A stretch of DNA of 42,766 nt from an uncultured Methylobacter sp. (GCA_964488195.1 CAZAUB010000001.1:1-42766); one strand, 5' to 3'; counted from the first letter of the stretch, positions 1 through 10,141 are shown. Notes: a model not told the origin generated them from the letters alone. Translations and numbers: made by a program.

Positions 1-321
1 CACCTTAAAGTACTGCGTTTTCTCGAGTCAAATCCGCGCATGAGCCAGCGCGATTTGGCTGTAGCTATGGGTGTGAGTTTGGGAAAAACCAATTACTGCA
101 TTAAAGCGCTTTTGGACAAAGGGCTCATTAAAATGCAAAATTTTCGGAACAACCAGAATAAGCTAGCTTATGCTTATCTACTTACTCCCGCTGGGGTGGA
201 GGAGAAGGCGTGCATCGCCATGCGCTTTCTCAAATACAAAGTGCAGGAATACGAGCGGCTGCGCGCTGAGATCGTAGAGTTGCAGCGCGAAGCCGAGCTG
301 CTGGATAACGAAAATGAGTGA
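1..321 (+). CDS. MarR family EPS-associated transcriptional regulator (5'-truncated by window edge)
   Basis: Frame is open from base 1 ([20 protein letters not shown]...). wHTH motif [23 protein letters not shown]...GLIKMQNF...[13 protein letters not shown] is typical of the EPS-locus MarR family. Confidence 0.9.
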   Translation, partial: HLKVLRFLESNPRMSQRDLAVAMGVSLGKTNYCIKALLDKGLIKMQNFRNNQNKLAYAYLLTPAGVEEKACIAMRFLKYKVQEYERLRAEIVELQREAELLDNENE

Positions 322-424
322 CACTATCGCGGTCATCCCTTTGAATGATAAGTGTGTCAGCACTTGGCGCTGCCAAAAAGAAACAGTAACCACGACTTGG
401 TAGCTCTGATTGCCACATAATCCT

Positions 425-2200
425 ATGCAACCCGCCCAGCCCATCCCCCAACTCCTAAGCCGACTCTGGCACCACATTAGTCCACGGCGCCGAGGGCAAT
501 TTGGTCTCCTGCTTGTTTTGATGATCCTTGCGTCGTTCGCGGAAATTCTCAGCATCGGAGCCGTGTTGCCTTTTTTAGGTGTACTGACTGCGCCGGATCG
601 TATTTTTGAACATCCGGCCGCACAGTCATTTGTTAAAATTCTGGGACTCACGGAGCCAGAACAACTTCTGTTGCCGCTGACCATCGCATTTGGCCTAGCG
701 GCTCTTATGGCGGGCACGATGCGCTTATTGCTGCTCTGGGCCAGTACGCGAATCTCCTTCGCGACTGGCGCCGACCTCAGCATCAGCATCTACCGCCGTA
801 CGCTTTATCAGCCCTACATGGTTCATGTTGCTCGCAACAGTAGTGAGATTATCAACGGCATCTCGAACAAAACGAGTGGAGTGATAAACATCATTGTGAT
901 GTTACTCAACCTCATCAGTTCGATCGTCATGTTGAGCGCGATCCTGATTGCCCTGCTGTCGGTTGACCCCGTCATTGCAATGGCGGCCTTTGGCGGTTTT
1001 GGTTTTATCTACGCTCTCATCATTAGACTTACCCGAAATCAACTATTGATCAATAGCCAGCGTATGGCCCGCGAGTCCACTCATGTCATCAAATCCCTGC
1101 AAGAAGGGTTAGGTGGTATACGCGACGTGCTGATCGACGGCAGTCAGGCCGCCTACTGCCAAATCTACCGCAATGCCGATCTCCCCTTGCGCCGCGCTCA
1201 GGGCAGTAACTCTTTTATTAGCGCAAGCCCCCGTTATGCGATGGAGGCACTGGGTATGGTACTCATTGCGGTGCTTGCCTACACACTCGCCCAACAATCT
1301 GACGGCATCGCAAAGGCCATTCCAATTCTCGGTGCCTTGGCGCTTGGTGCCCAGCGCTTGTTGCCTGTGTTGCAGCAGGCGTATGCAGCGTTGTCCTCCA
1401 TTCAAGGGGGGCAGGCTTCGCTGCAAGACACGCTGGAGTTGCTTGATCAGCCGCTCCCCGAATACGCTGATCAGCCAGTCACCAAGCCACTGCCTTTTCG
1501 GCAACACATTAGCATGAAGCAACTATCGTTTCGCTACAGCCTGCAAACGCCCTGGGTGCTTAATAACCTCAACCTGACAATTGCCAAGGGCAATCGCGTC
1601 GGTTTCATCGGTACGACCGGTAGCGGAAAGAGTACCCTGCTCGATATCGTCATGGGCCTGTTGCAACCTACTGAAGGTACTCTCGAGATTGATGGTCAGT
1701 CCATTACGACGAGTAACCATCGTGCTTGGCAAGCGCATATCGCGCATGTGCCACAGGCTATTTTTCTCGCCGACAGTACCATCGAAGAAAACATCGCTTT
1801 CGGTGTGCCGAAGGACAAGATCGACCACGAGCGTGTCCGGCAAGCAGCCCGTCAGGCGCAGATCGCCGACATCATCGAGACTTGGCCTAAGCAATACCAA
1901 ACCTTTGTGGGCGAACGCGGCATCCGTTTATCTGGAGGGCAACGTCAGCGCATTGGCATCGCTCGTGCCCTTTATAAACAGGCTGATGTTATAATCTTCG
2001 ACGAAGCCACCAGCGCGCTGGACAACGAAACCGAACAGGCAGTCATGGAAGCCATCGAAGGCCTCAGTAAGGATCTTACCATTCTTATTATCGCCCACCG
2101 CCTGACCACGTTGAAAAGCTGTACGCAGATTGTGGAACTGGATGGTGGCGTCATTAAGCGAGCCGGTACCTATCAAGAAATTGTGACTCAAACGGCATAA
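425..2200 (+). CDS. ABC transporter permease/ATP-binding protein, PglK/WlaB-like glycan flippase
   Basis: N-terminal transmembrane domain; Walker A GTTGSGKST, signature LSGGQRQRIGIARA, Walker B IIFDEATSALD, AHRL. ATG at 425 preferred over TTG at 410. Confidence 0.9.
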   Translation: MQPAQPIPQLLSRLWHHISPRRRGQFGLLLVLMILASFAEILSIGAVLPFLGVLTAPDRIFEHPAAQSFVKILGLTEPEQLLLPLTIAFGLAALMAGTMRLLLLWASTRISFATGADLSISIYRRTLYQPYMVHVARNSSEIINGISNKTSGVINIIVMLLNLISSIVMLSAILIALLSVDPVIAMAAFGGFGFIYALIIRLTRNQLLINSQRMARESTHVIKSLQEGLGGIRDVLIDGSQAAYCQIYRNADLPLRRAQGSNSFISASPRYAMEALGMVLIAVLAYTLAQQSDGIAKAIPILGALALGAQRLLPVLQQAYAALSSIQGGQASLQDTLELLDQPLPEYADQPVTKPLPFRQHISMKQLSFRYSLQTPWVLNNLNLTIAKGNRVGFIGTTGSGKSTLLDIVMGLLQPTEGTLEIDGQSITTSNHRAWQAHIAHVPQAIFLADSTIEENIAFGVPKDKIDHERVRQAARQAQIADIIETWPKQYQTFVGERGIRLSGGQRQRIGIARALYKQADVIIFDEATSALDNETEQAVMEAIEGLSKDLTILIIAHRLTTLKSCTQIVELDGGVIKRAGTYQEIVTQTA

Positions 2201-2218
2201 ACTTCTACACATGACTCT

Positions 2219-3235
2219 ATGAATCAAACCAATTCAAATTCAACTATTCTTGTCACTGGCGCCGACGGTTTCATCGGCTCGCACCTGACCGAAGCACTGG
2301 TGCGTCAGGGTTATAAAGTCCGTGCCTTCGCGCTCTACAATTCCTTCAACTCTTGGGGTTGGCTGGATCATTGCGCGCTCGATGTGAAGGGTCAGTTCGA
2401 GGTATTCGCTGGTGATATCCGTGATCCGCATGGGGTGAGGGAGGCGATGAAGGGCTGTGACGCAGTGCTGCATCTGGCCGCCCTCATCGCAATCCCATAC
2501 TCTTACCATTCGCCAGACACCTATGTCGATACCAATGTCAAAGGCACGCTGAATGTGCTGCAAGCGGCGCGTGAGCAGGGTGTTAAGAGGGTAGTTCATA
2601 CCTCGACCAGCGAGGTTTATGGCACAGCGCGATTTGTGCCGATAACTGAAGAACACCCCTTGCAGGGACAGTCTCCGTACTCGGCCACCAAGATCGCTGC
2701 GGATCAGTTGGCCTATTCCTTCTATGCCTCCTTCGGCCTGCCGGTAGTGATTGCACGGCCCTTCAACACCTATGGTCCGCGCCAGTCCGCTCGTGCCGTA
2801 ATCCCGACCATCATCACCCAGATCGCCAATGGCCGACGTCAGATCAAACTCGGGGCGGTATCGCCCACACGCGATTTCAACTTTGTGCAGGACACAGTAG
2901 CTGGTTTTATCGCCGCGCTGAACTCCGATAGGGGGCTGGGAGAAGTGGTCAACTTCGGCAGTAATTTCGAAATTTCCATCGGCGATACTGCCAAACTGAT
3001 TGCCGAAGCCATGAACACCGAGATTGAGATCATCACTGACGAAGCCCGCTTGCGCCCAGAAAACTCCGAGGTTGAACGTTTGTGGGCCGATAACGCCAAA
3101 GCTAAACAACTCTTCGGCTGGCAGCCCAGCTATGGCGATCGAGAGGGGTTTAAGCGCGGTCTGGCCGAAACTGCCGAATGGTTCGCACAACCGGATAACC
3201 TGCGCGGTTATAAAGCAGATATCTATAATGTCTAA
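2219..3235 (+). CDS. legB: NAD-dependent NDP-GlcNAc 4,6-dehydratase, LegB type
   Basis: TGADGFIGSHL, YNSFNSWGWLD, HLAALIAIPYSY, TSTSEVYG, QSPYSATK, RPFNTYGPRQSARAVIP and SEVERL are characteristic of LegB. Confidence 0.9.
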   Translation: MNQTNSNSTILVTGADGFIGSHLTEALVRQGYKVRAFALYNSFNSWGWLDHCALDVKGQFEVFAGDIRDPHGVREAMKGCDAVLHLAALIAIPYSYHSPDTYVDTNVKGTLNVLQAAREQGVKRVVHTSTSEVYGTARFVPITEEHPLQGQSPYSATKIAADQLAYSFYASFGLPVVIARPFNTYGPRQSARAVIPTIITQIANGRRQIKLGAVSPTRDFNFVQDTVAGFIAALNSDRGLGEVVNFGSNFEISIGDTAKLIAEAMNTEIEIITDEARLRPENSEVERLWADNAKAKQLFGWQPSYGDREGFKRGLAETAEWFAQPDNLRGYKADIYNV

Positions 3236-3941
3236 GCGCGCCATCATTCTTGCCGGTGGAAAAGGAACGCGCTTGCATCCCTACACCGTGGTGCTGCCGA
3301 AACCGTTAATGCCCATCGGCGAGTTTCCCATCCTGGAAGTGATCATTCGCCAGCTCGTGCAGCATGGTTTTGACCATGTCACCATGGCAGTCAACCATCA
3401 GGCCGAGATCATCAGAGCGTTTTTCCAGGACGGTGCGAAATGGGGTATCAAGATTGACTATTCGCTGGAAGACAAGCCACTTAGCACCATAGCGCCGTTG
3501 GGCCTGATTCACGATCTTCCAGAAAATTTCCTGGTCATGAATGGCGATATTCTGACCGATCTTAGCTATTCGGATCTCTTCGATGAGCATGTCAGCAAGA
3601 ACAATATCTTCACCATTTCCGCTTACCTGCGCGAACAGAAGATTGATTACGGTGTGCTTGAAATGGATACGAGTAGCCACTTGACTGGATTCAGGGAGAA
3701 ACCCAGTGCCGAATATTTGGTGAGCATGGGGGTGTATATGGCTAGTCGGCGCATCATAGGCTTTATTTCGGAAGGCAAGAGTTATGGTTTTGACAACTTG
3801 ATGCTGGATTTGCTTGCTGCGGGGAATCCTGCTGCTGTGCGGAAGTTTAGCGGCTACTGGTTGGATATAGGTAGGCCCGATGATTATATGCAAGCTATCG
3901 AAGAATTCGAGAGCATGCGAGCACGATTTGTTGGTGCATAA
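3228..3941 (+). CDS. Sugar-phosphate nucleotidyltransferase (PtmE/LegX-like, no CBS domains)
   Basis: Likely start MSKRAIILAGGKGTRL at 3228 overlapping the legB stop; PKPLMPIG, MNGDILTD, EKP and WLDIGRPDDY motifs. Confidence 0.88.
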   Translation: MSKRAIILAGGKGTRLHPYTVVLPKPLMPIGEFPILEVIIRQLVQHGFDHVTMAVNHQAEIIRAFFQDGAKWGIKIDYSLEDKPLSTIAPLGLIHDLPENFLVMNGDILTDLSYSDLFDEHVSKNNIFTISAYLREQKIDYGVLEMDTSSHLTGFREKPSAEYLVSMGVYMASRRIIGFISEGKSYGFDNLMLDLLAAGNPAAVRKFSGYWLDIGRPDDYMQAIEEFESMRARFVGA

Positions 3942-4804
3942 TGAAAAATGTACTTGTCACTGGTGCAGGAGGTTTTATAGGGCGGCGTTTGGTATGCGCA
4001 CTAAAAGATGCGGGGTACTTGGTGCATGAATTTGGCAGTGCGGGTGGGGATATTGCCGATCCAGCAACTGTTGAACGGTTTAATGAAGTTACAGTGGATT
4101 TTGTGTTTCATCTTGCCGGACGCACTTATGTGCCTGACGCTTGGTGTGAGCCAGGAGACTTTCAGCGAGTAAATGTAGCGGGCACCGTAAATGTGCTGGA
4201 ACTATGTCGTCGAAAAAAAATACCGCTAACATATGTCAGCGCTTATTTGTATGGAATTCCGGCCTCCTTACCTGTCAGGGAAACCGACAGGATTGATCCT
4301 AATAATCCATATGCATTGTCGAAATTTTTGGCTGAATCCCTATGCAGCTTCTACGCCGAGCATTTCGATGTTCCCGTAACCATCATCCGCCCGTTTAATA
4401 TTTACGGGCCGGGGCAAAAAGGGCACTTTTTGATCCCGGAAATCATCGCGCAAATAAAGGCTGGCCAGCCTATCCGCCTCAAAGATCTCACTCCCCGGCG
4501 TGATTATCTTTATCTAGACGATCTGGTCGATGCGCTGGTTCGTACGCTCAATCAGGAGGCGGGCTGTCATGTGTACAATATTGGTTACGGTAGCTCACTC
4601 AGCGTGGCTGAAATTGTCGAAACTATCCAATCTGTGGCGGGAACAGCATTACCTGTTGTGAGTGAAAATGCACCTAGGCACAATGAGATTTGTGATGTAT
4701 ATGCGGACATCAGCAAAGCCGCTCAAGAGTTACACTGGCATCCGCATTACAGTTTCAAAGAGGGCATCAAGAAAATGATTCTGAATGGAGATCACCTGAA
4801 ATGA
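3941..4804 (+). CDS. NAD-dependent epimerase/dehydratase family SDR, probable NDP-4-keto-6-deoxyhexose reductase (Rmd-like)
   Basis: TGAGGFIG, YALSK (YxxxK), RPFNIYGPGQ and RDYLY motifs; start overlaps the upstream stop (TAATG). Confidence 0.8.
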   Translation: MKNVLVTGAGGFIGRRLVCALKDAGYLVHEFGSAGGDIADPATVERFNEVTVDFVFHLAGRTYVPDAWCEPGDFQRVNVAGTVNVLELCRRKKIPLTYVSAYLYGIPASLPVRETDRIDPNNPYALSKFLAESLCSFYAEHFDVPVTIIRPFNIYGPGQKGHFLIPEIIAQIKAGQPIRLKDLTPRRDYLYLDDLVDALVRTLNQEAGCHVYNIGYGSSLSVAEIVETIQSVAGTALPVVSENAPRHNEICDVYADISKAAQELHWHPHYSFKEGIKKMILNGDHLK

Positions 4805-5874
4805 GTGAACGTTACGTACCCATTAACAAGGGCAATTACTCAATGGACACCTCAGAGAGGGAGGCGTTGTTTGAACAATATCGTGGAGAGGGTTGGGAAG
4901 CGCAATACCAAGATTACCGTAATAAATGGACTGAACTCGCCAAGACGCAGACGGTATCTGAGTACCCGCTTCTAGTGGATATAGAGCTCTCATCTGTTTG
5001 CAACCTCACCTGTTCGATGTGCTACACCATCACCGATGAATTTAAGCAGCACGTCAATGTCACCCGGATGGATTGGGAGCTGTACAAGAAGATTATTGAC
5101 GAAATCGACGGCAAGGTTCCGGCCATTCGCCTGAGCTTGCGCGGGGAGGCGACCCTGCACACAAAATTCATCGAGGCGATCAATTATGCAAAGGGTCACG
5201 GCATCAAGGAAGTTTCCTTGTTGACCCATGGCGGCAAGTTGACTCTGCCGTTTTTCCAGAAAATGGTGGAAGCGGGGGTAGACTGGATAACGATCTCGGT
5301 GGATGGCTTAGGCGAGACTTATGAGCGTGTGCGCAAGCCGCTGAAATTTGACGACCTGTTCAACAAAATAAAAGCCATCAAACAGTACAAGGAAGAACAC
5401 AAGCTGAAGCGCCCGGTCATTAAGGTGCAAGGCATCTGGCCTGCGATTGCTGAAAGCGGGCCCGATGCCTACTACAACACTTTCGCTCCCTATACCGATT
5501 TGGTGGCGTTCAATCCGCTGATTGACTACCTGTCCAACGATACCCATATCGAATACCTTGAAGAATTTACCTGTCCGCAACAATACCAGCGGCTGGTGAT
5601 AGGAGCCGACGGGCTGGTCATGAAGTGCTCAAACGATGAAGAAAATCGTGAAGTGATCGGCGACATCAAACAGGAAACCGTGCATCAGGTATGGCATGGC
5701 GAGAAGATGCAGGCGGTACGGAACATGCATCTGCAACCGCTTGGCTTCATGCAAAGCACGGTCTGCCGCAAGTGCTACCTACCGCGAGTGACCGAGGATG
5801 ATGTGGCTACGATTGGCGACAGAACATTCTTCGTAAAGAATTATATTCACCGTATTCAAGTAATAGGAAAGTAA
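4801..5874 (+). CDS. Radical SAM enzyme with SPASM/Twitch auxiliary Fe-S domain
   Basis: CNLTCSMC (CxxxCxxC), RGEATLH, ISVDG; C-terminal C-x17-C-x45-C-x2-C. Confidence 0.9.
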   Translation: MSERYVPINKGNYSMDTSEREALFEQYRGEGWEAQYQDYRNKWTELAKTQTVSEYPLLVDIELSSVCNLTCSMCYTITDEFKQHVNVTRMDWELYKKIIDEIDGKVPAIRLSLRGEATLHTKFIEAINYAKGHGIKEVSLLTHGGKLTLPFFQKMVEAGVDWITISVDGLGETYERVRKPLKFDDLFNKIKAIKQYKEEHKLKRPVIKVQGIWPAIAESGPDAYYNTFAPYTDLVAFNPLIDYLSNDTHIEYLEEFTCPQQYQRLVIGADGLVMKCSNDEENREVIGDIKQETVHQVWHGEKMQAVRNMHLQPLGFMQSTVCRKCYLPRVTEDDVATIGDRTFFVKNYIHRIQVIGK

Positions 5875-5877
5875 TCT

Positions 5878-6813
5878 ATGGGCACAGGCGACACATTGGA
5901 GCAGCTGCTCAACGTTTTTTGGCTTCGTCCGGAAACGGCACTTTGGCGCGAGATTGATATCAGAGCTATGAGTGCTTTTGAGATGCGCTCTCCGTCTCTG
6001 GACTTGGGATGTGGCGATGGCACATTTTCATTTATCCGGGCGGGCGGCGAATTCGACAGGAGTTTTGATGCTTTTCGTTCAGTATCACAGCTAGACCAGT
6101 TTTTCCAGAATGTCGATGTCTTCGATTCGTATGACGAGAGCCTGAGCTCGGCAGTAACAAAACCTCCGCGATATCAGATTGATGTTGGATTTGATCACAA
6201 AACAAATCTTCTCAAAAAGGCGGGACAGCTTGGTTTGTATGGAGCACTCAAGCAAGGGGATGCGAATCAACCATTGCCATTTCCAGATGCCTCGTTTAAT
6301 AGTATTTTTTCTAACATCGTATATTGGCTGGACTCGCCCCAGTTTGTGGTTTCAGAGATTTCCAGAATTTTGAAGCCTGGTGGGGTTGCTTGCCTGATGT
6401 TGCCGAATATTACATTTCCACAGTTCAGTTTTTATAACCAGCTATATGTGAAGGGTGGCGACGCTCGTTGGCAGTTTCTTGAGATGCTTGATCGGGGAAG
6501 ATTTGCCGACAATATTCGCCAAGCTAAATCTCAGGATGAATGGCAATCCATATTTGAACAAGCTGGGCTGCACATTGAACGCCACCATTCTCACCTGAGC
6601 AAACTCACCATCCAGGCTTGGGACATTGGTCTACGCCCCCTTTTCCCGGTTTTGCTTGAGATGTCGAATGAGTTGTCACCTGAAAAACTTATTTCTATAA
6701 AAGCCAAGTGGATACAGACAATGAGGGCTTTTCTTGAGCCACTGATAGAGATTGACAAGTCTCTTCCAGGCAATGAGCAACCGGCGTTCCACTGTTTCGA
6801 ATTGAGGAAATAA
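5878..6813 (+). CDS. Class I SAM-dependent methyltransferase
   Basis: LDLGCGDG motif I, GDANQPLPFPDASFNSI and SRILKPGG. Confidence 0.85.
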   Translation: MGTGDTLEQLLNVFWLRPETALWREIDIRAMSAFEMRSPSLDLGCGDGTFSFIRAGGEFDRSFDAFRSVSQLDQFFQNVDVFDSYDESLSSAVTKPPRYQIDVGFDHKTNLLKKAGQLGLYGALKQGDANQPLPFPDASFNSIFSNIVYWLDSPQFVVSEISRILKPGGVACLMLPNITFPQFSFYNQLYVKGGDARWQFLEMLDRGRFADNIRQAKSQDEWQSIFEQAGLHIERHHSHLSKLTIQAWDIGLRPLFPVLLEMSNELSPEKLISIKAKWIQTMRAFLEPLIEIDKSLPGNEQPAFHCFELRK

Positions 6814-6814
6814 T

Positions 6815-7831
6815 ATGTTCAAAAACTATCGAAGAGACCGTTGCTACATCATCGCCGAGATCGGCGGAAACTTCACCACATCAGACCAGGCCAAACGCCT
6901 GATTGATGCGGCGCATGGCTGCGGCGTGGATGCGGTCAAGTTGCAAACTTATCGCGCCGATACAATCACAAGCACCAAGGCTATCTTCGATATGGAGAAC
7001 ACAGGTGTGGTGTCGCAACATGACCTGTTCAGAAAATACGAAGTGGACGAAGCCTTGCATCACGATGTATTCAAGTATGCCGAATCCAAAGGCCTGGACT
7101 GGTTCTCCACCCCATCGCATTCGACCGATGTAGACTTGCTGGAAAAATGCGGTGTCGGCGCGCACAAGATCGGTTCGGATGATGCCGTCAACCTTCCCTA
7201 TCTTCGTTATGTCGCCCGCACTGGCAAGCCGGTGTTGCTATCGACCGGCATGTGTACGCTGGAAGAAGTGCGGGAATCGGTGGCTGCGATACTGGCGGAG
7301 GACAATGAGCAACTGATTTTGCTGCACGCCATCACCAGTTACCCGACCCATGCGGAGAACGTCAATCTGGCTGCCATGCAGACCTTGATGCAAGCTTTTC
7401 CGCAACTGGACATCGGTTATTCCGACCACACCCTGTCACCGATCGCCTGTTTGTGCGCGGTGGCCATGGGTGCGCGGGTGATCGAAAAGCATTTCACCTG
7501 GGACAAAAAAGCGGACGGCCCCGACCACGCGCTTTCCGCAGATCCGGCGGAAATGAAATGGCTGGTGGAGGCGGTGCGCAATTTTGAAATCATGCGCGGC
7601 TCCGGGATCAAACGTCCCGCCAACAGTGAGAAAACTACGCGGCGCAACAATCGCAAGAGCGTGGTGCTGAACCGCAATGTGAAAGCGGGAGAGCGCTTGA
7701 CCGAGCAGGATATCGCCGTCAAACGTCCCGGTTACGGTATTGGCCCAAAATACTTTGAGCAGGTCGTCGGGCGGACGGTAGCCGCAGACATGGAAAAAGA
7801 TGCCGTGCTCACCTGGAATGATCTGGCGTGA
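6815..7831 (+). CDS. neuB: Nonulosonic acid synthase (NeuB/SpsE family) with C-terminal SAF domain
   Basis: IIAEIG, DAVKLQ, FSTP, KIGS, LSTGM, SYP, GYSDH, EKHF, GPDH and SAF motif KRPGYGI. Confidence 0.9.
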   Translation: MFKNYRRDRCYIIAEIGGNFTTSDQAKRLIDAAHGCGVDAVKLQTYRADTITSTKAIFDMENTGVVSQHDLFRKYEVDEALHHDVFKYAESKGLDWFSTPSHSTDVDLLEKCGVGAHKIGSDDAVNLPYLRYVARTGKPVLLSTGMCTLEEVRESVAAILAEDNEQLILLHAITSYPTHAENVNLAAMQTLMQAFPQLDIGYSDHTLSPIACLCAVAMGARVIEKHFTWDKKADGPDHALSADPAEMKWLVEAVRNFEIMRGSGIKRPANSEKTTRRNNRKSVVLNRNVKAGERLTEQDIAVKRPGYGIGPKYFEQVVGRTVAADMEKDAVLTWNDLA

Positions 7832-8505
7832 GGGTTGGCGTCATCATACAAGCCAGAATAGGCTCGACCCGTTTGCCCGGCAAGGTATTGAAACCCATTG
7901 CGGGCAAGGCGCTGTTGGATCATGTGCTGGGTAGGTTGTCTCTGCTGGCATACCCGGTACAGATAGTGGTCGCCACCAGCGATATGCCGCAGGATGATGC
8001 TATCGCACAGCATTGCCTGTCCCGTGGTGTGGCGGTGTTCCGTGGCAACGAAACCGATGTGCTGGACAGATATTATCAGTGCGCTCGCGAGAACCGCTTT
8101 GCGCATGTCGTTCGACTGACGGCGGATAATCCGTTCACCGATATGGAAGAGTTACAGCGATTGATCGAGCAGCACTTGACCCAACGCAACGATTACAGTC
8201 ACTCTTTCGGTAGCATGCCGCTGGGCGTGGGGGCTGAAATTTTTACTTTCGCCGCGCTGGAGAAAAGCGCGCGGGAAGGTCATGCGCTCAATCACCGCGA
8301 GCACGTCAACGAATACATTCAGGAGAACCCGGATGTTTTCCAGATTGGTGTGCTGGAGGTGGTCGCAGCTAAACGATGCCCTGATTTGCGTTTGACGGTG
8401 GATACTGAAGATGACTATCAGTGTGTTTGTGCCATTGCCGAATACACGCCCAACCGATGGGTCGGTACCGAAGAGGCGATTAAATTTTGTTCGCATTCTG
8501 CATAG
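7828..8505 (+). CDS. Cytidylyltransferase (SpsF/NeuA-like CMP-nonulosonate synthetase)
   Basis: IIQARIGSTRLPGKVL, GNETDVLDRY, VRLTADNP, REHV and RLTVDTEDD motifs; GTG start overlaps the neuB stop. Confidence 0.88.
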   Translation: MRVGVIIQARIGSTRLPGKVLKPIAGKALLDHVLGRLSLLAYPVQIVVATSDMPQDDAIAQHCLSRGVAVFRGNETDVLDRYYQCARENRFAHVVRLTADNPFTDMEELQRLIEQHLTQRNDYSHSFGSMPLGVGAEIFTFAALEKSAREGHALNHREHVNEYIQENPDVFQIGVLEVVAAKRCPDLRLTVDTEDDYQCVCAIAEYTPNRWVGTEEAIKFCSHSA

Positions 8506-9440
8506 AAAGCTCCCATACGCGCGGTATGGGGCACTTTTACCGCGCGCTGAATCTGGCGGATGGACTGGCTGAAATGGGGCTGCCGTATACGTTTTATCTG
8601 AACGATCATGCCCCATCCCGGCAAATCCTCGCTGAGCGAGGCGTACCGCATCAGATAGTGAATCTGGAAGATTTCACCGGCAACTGGGAAGCGTCGCTGA
8701 TACAGCGGGACGGCATAACGTTGTGGCTGAATGACCGCCTCGATACTGATGTCCGTCATGCAGAAAAAATCAAAGCGGCAGACATTCCGCTGGTGACGTT
8801 CGATGACCGGGGAACGGGAGCGGCGTTGGCAGACTTGCATATTGCCGCACTGGCCTTCGATGCACAAGAACGGCTTGCGGGTGCCAAATTGTTGCGCGGT
8901 TCGGACTATCTGATACTGAACCCGCAAATCAGCGGCTACACGCGCCTGCGTAAGCAGCTTTCTAGTATACTGGTGACGTTGGGCGGTAGCGATACCTATG
9001 GTGTGACCGTCAAGGTGGTGCAGTTGCTGAAGGAAATGGGCCTGACGGTAACTGTCGTGGTGGGGCCAGGGTTCATGCATAGGGACATGCTGGATGAAGT
9101 ACTGACCGAGGATTTCACATTGAAGCGCGGCGTACCTTCCATGATCGAGGAATTCTATCACCACGATCTGGCGATCACTGGCGGCGGGATCACACCGTTC
9201 GAGGCCAACGCTTCCGGCCTGCCCTGCGTGGTGATAGCTAATGAATTGTTTGAAATGCCGGTCGCAATAGCCTTGCAGAAGCTGGGAGGCTCGCTTTTTG
9301 CCGGGCATCATGAATCACTGTCGCTCCCATTGTTCAGGACAGACTTGGCACTGGAGAAAATGAGTCAGGCCGGGATGCGCAATGTCAGCCTGCAAGGAAC
9401 ACGGCGCGTGATAGATGCGCTGCTGGAATTGGTCAAATGA
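8487..9440 (+). CDS. PseG/SpsG-like NDP-sugar hydrolase (GT-B fold)
   Basis: GMGHFYRALNLA, TFDD, LVTLGGSD, DLAITGGGITPFEA and GLPCVVI motifs; TTG start. Confidence 0.8.
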   Translation: MFAFCIESSHTRGMGHFYRALNLADGLAEMGLPYTFYLNDHAPSRQILAERGVPHQIVNLEDFTGNWEASLIQRDGITLWLNDRLDTDVRHAEKIKAADIPLVTFDDRGTGAALADLHIAALAFDAQERLAGAKLLRGSDYLILNPQISGYTRLRKQLSSILVTLGGSDTYGVTVKVVQLLKEMGLTVTVVVGPGFMHRDMLDEVLTEDFTLKRGVPSMIEEFYHHDLAITGGGITPFEANASGLPCVVIANELFEMPVAIALQKLGGSLFAGHHESLSLPLFRTDLALEKMSQAGMRNVSLQGTRRVIDALLELVK

Positions 9441-10141
9441 ACAAAAAAGTCGTCGTAATTCACCAGCCCGATTTTGCGCCTTACCTAGGTTTTTTTCATC
9501 GCTTCTTACATGCGGATTTTTATATCGCGCTGGACCATGTGCAATATGTGAACGGTAGCAGCCGCGCTTGGACGCACCGGGATAAAATCAAGACAGCGCA
9601 AGGCGAGAAGTGGCTAACGGTCAGCGTCAAAAAAGCTCCTCGTGATACCGCGATTAACCAGATCGAGCTTTCTACCGATACAGACTGGCGGCAGGATAAT
9701 TTGCGCTTGCTCGAACAGAACTACCGCAAAGCGCCCTGTTACAACGAACTGATGCCGGAGATCGAACGCTTATATGCCCGGCCATTCCACATGCTGCGCG
9801 ATTTCAACATGGCCTCAATCGAGATGCTGATGGACATGCTCGATGTGCGTATTCCCTGGGTGTGGTCGAGTAATCTTGATCCGGTTGGGACGAAAAACGA
9901 ATTGTTGGTGGACTTGTTGCAGAAAGTTTCTGCCACACATTATCTTTCTGGAGTGGGGGCGCGGGATTATTTTCAACCAGAACCCTTCGTCAAGAAAGGT
10001 ATCGAGGTGATCTGGCAAAACTTCACTCAGCCGGTTTATACTCAACAATTTGGTGAATTCCTGCCGTATTTGAGCGTACTGGATGTGTTGTTTAATCATG
10101 GTATAACGGCTTCGAGAGAAATACTGAGGAGAGGTGGATGA
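9437..10141 (+). CDS. WbqC-like family protein (putative aminoacyl/acyl transferase)
   Basis: IHQPDFAPYLGFF, LDHVQY, WLTVSV, YLSGVGARDY and LSVLDVLFN motifs. Confidence 0.88.
   Translation: MNKKVVVIHQPDFAPYLGFFHRFLHADFYIALDHVQYVNGSSRAWTHRDKIKTAQGEKWLTVSVKKAPRDTAINQIELSTDTDWRQDNLRLLEQNYRKAPCYNELMPEIERLYARPFHMLRDFNMASIEMLMDMLDVRIPWVWSSNLDPVGTKNELLVDLLQKVSATHYLSGVGARDYFQPEPFVKKGIEVIWQNFTQPVYTQQFGEFLPYLSVLDVLFNHGITASREILRRGG

Noticed and set aside
384-409. Partial JUMPStart-like TGGTAGCT upstream of the ABC gene
   Set aside because: The essential GGCGGTAG ops core is absent.
3024-3227. N-terminal extension of the nucleotidyltransferase ORF
   Set aside because: It overlaps legB by about 200 nt, and the family motif begins at ATG 3228. 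Similar over-extensions occur at 14121 and 26297.
2240-3247. Long minus-strand ORF (335 aa) and similar antisense ORFs such as 178-789, 8418-9311 and 10096-10713
   Set aside because: They lie opposite well-supported + strand genes and have no recognisable motifs; shadow ORFs.
4801-5874. RiPP maturase interpretation of the radical SAM/SPASM gene
   Set aside because: No precursor peptide, RRE domain or peptidase nearby, and the gene is coupled to sugar-nucleotide enzymes.
8982-8990. ops-like GGCGGTAGC
   Set aside because: It lies inside a CDS, simply encodes the conserved GGS(D) motif, and lacks the downstream TG.
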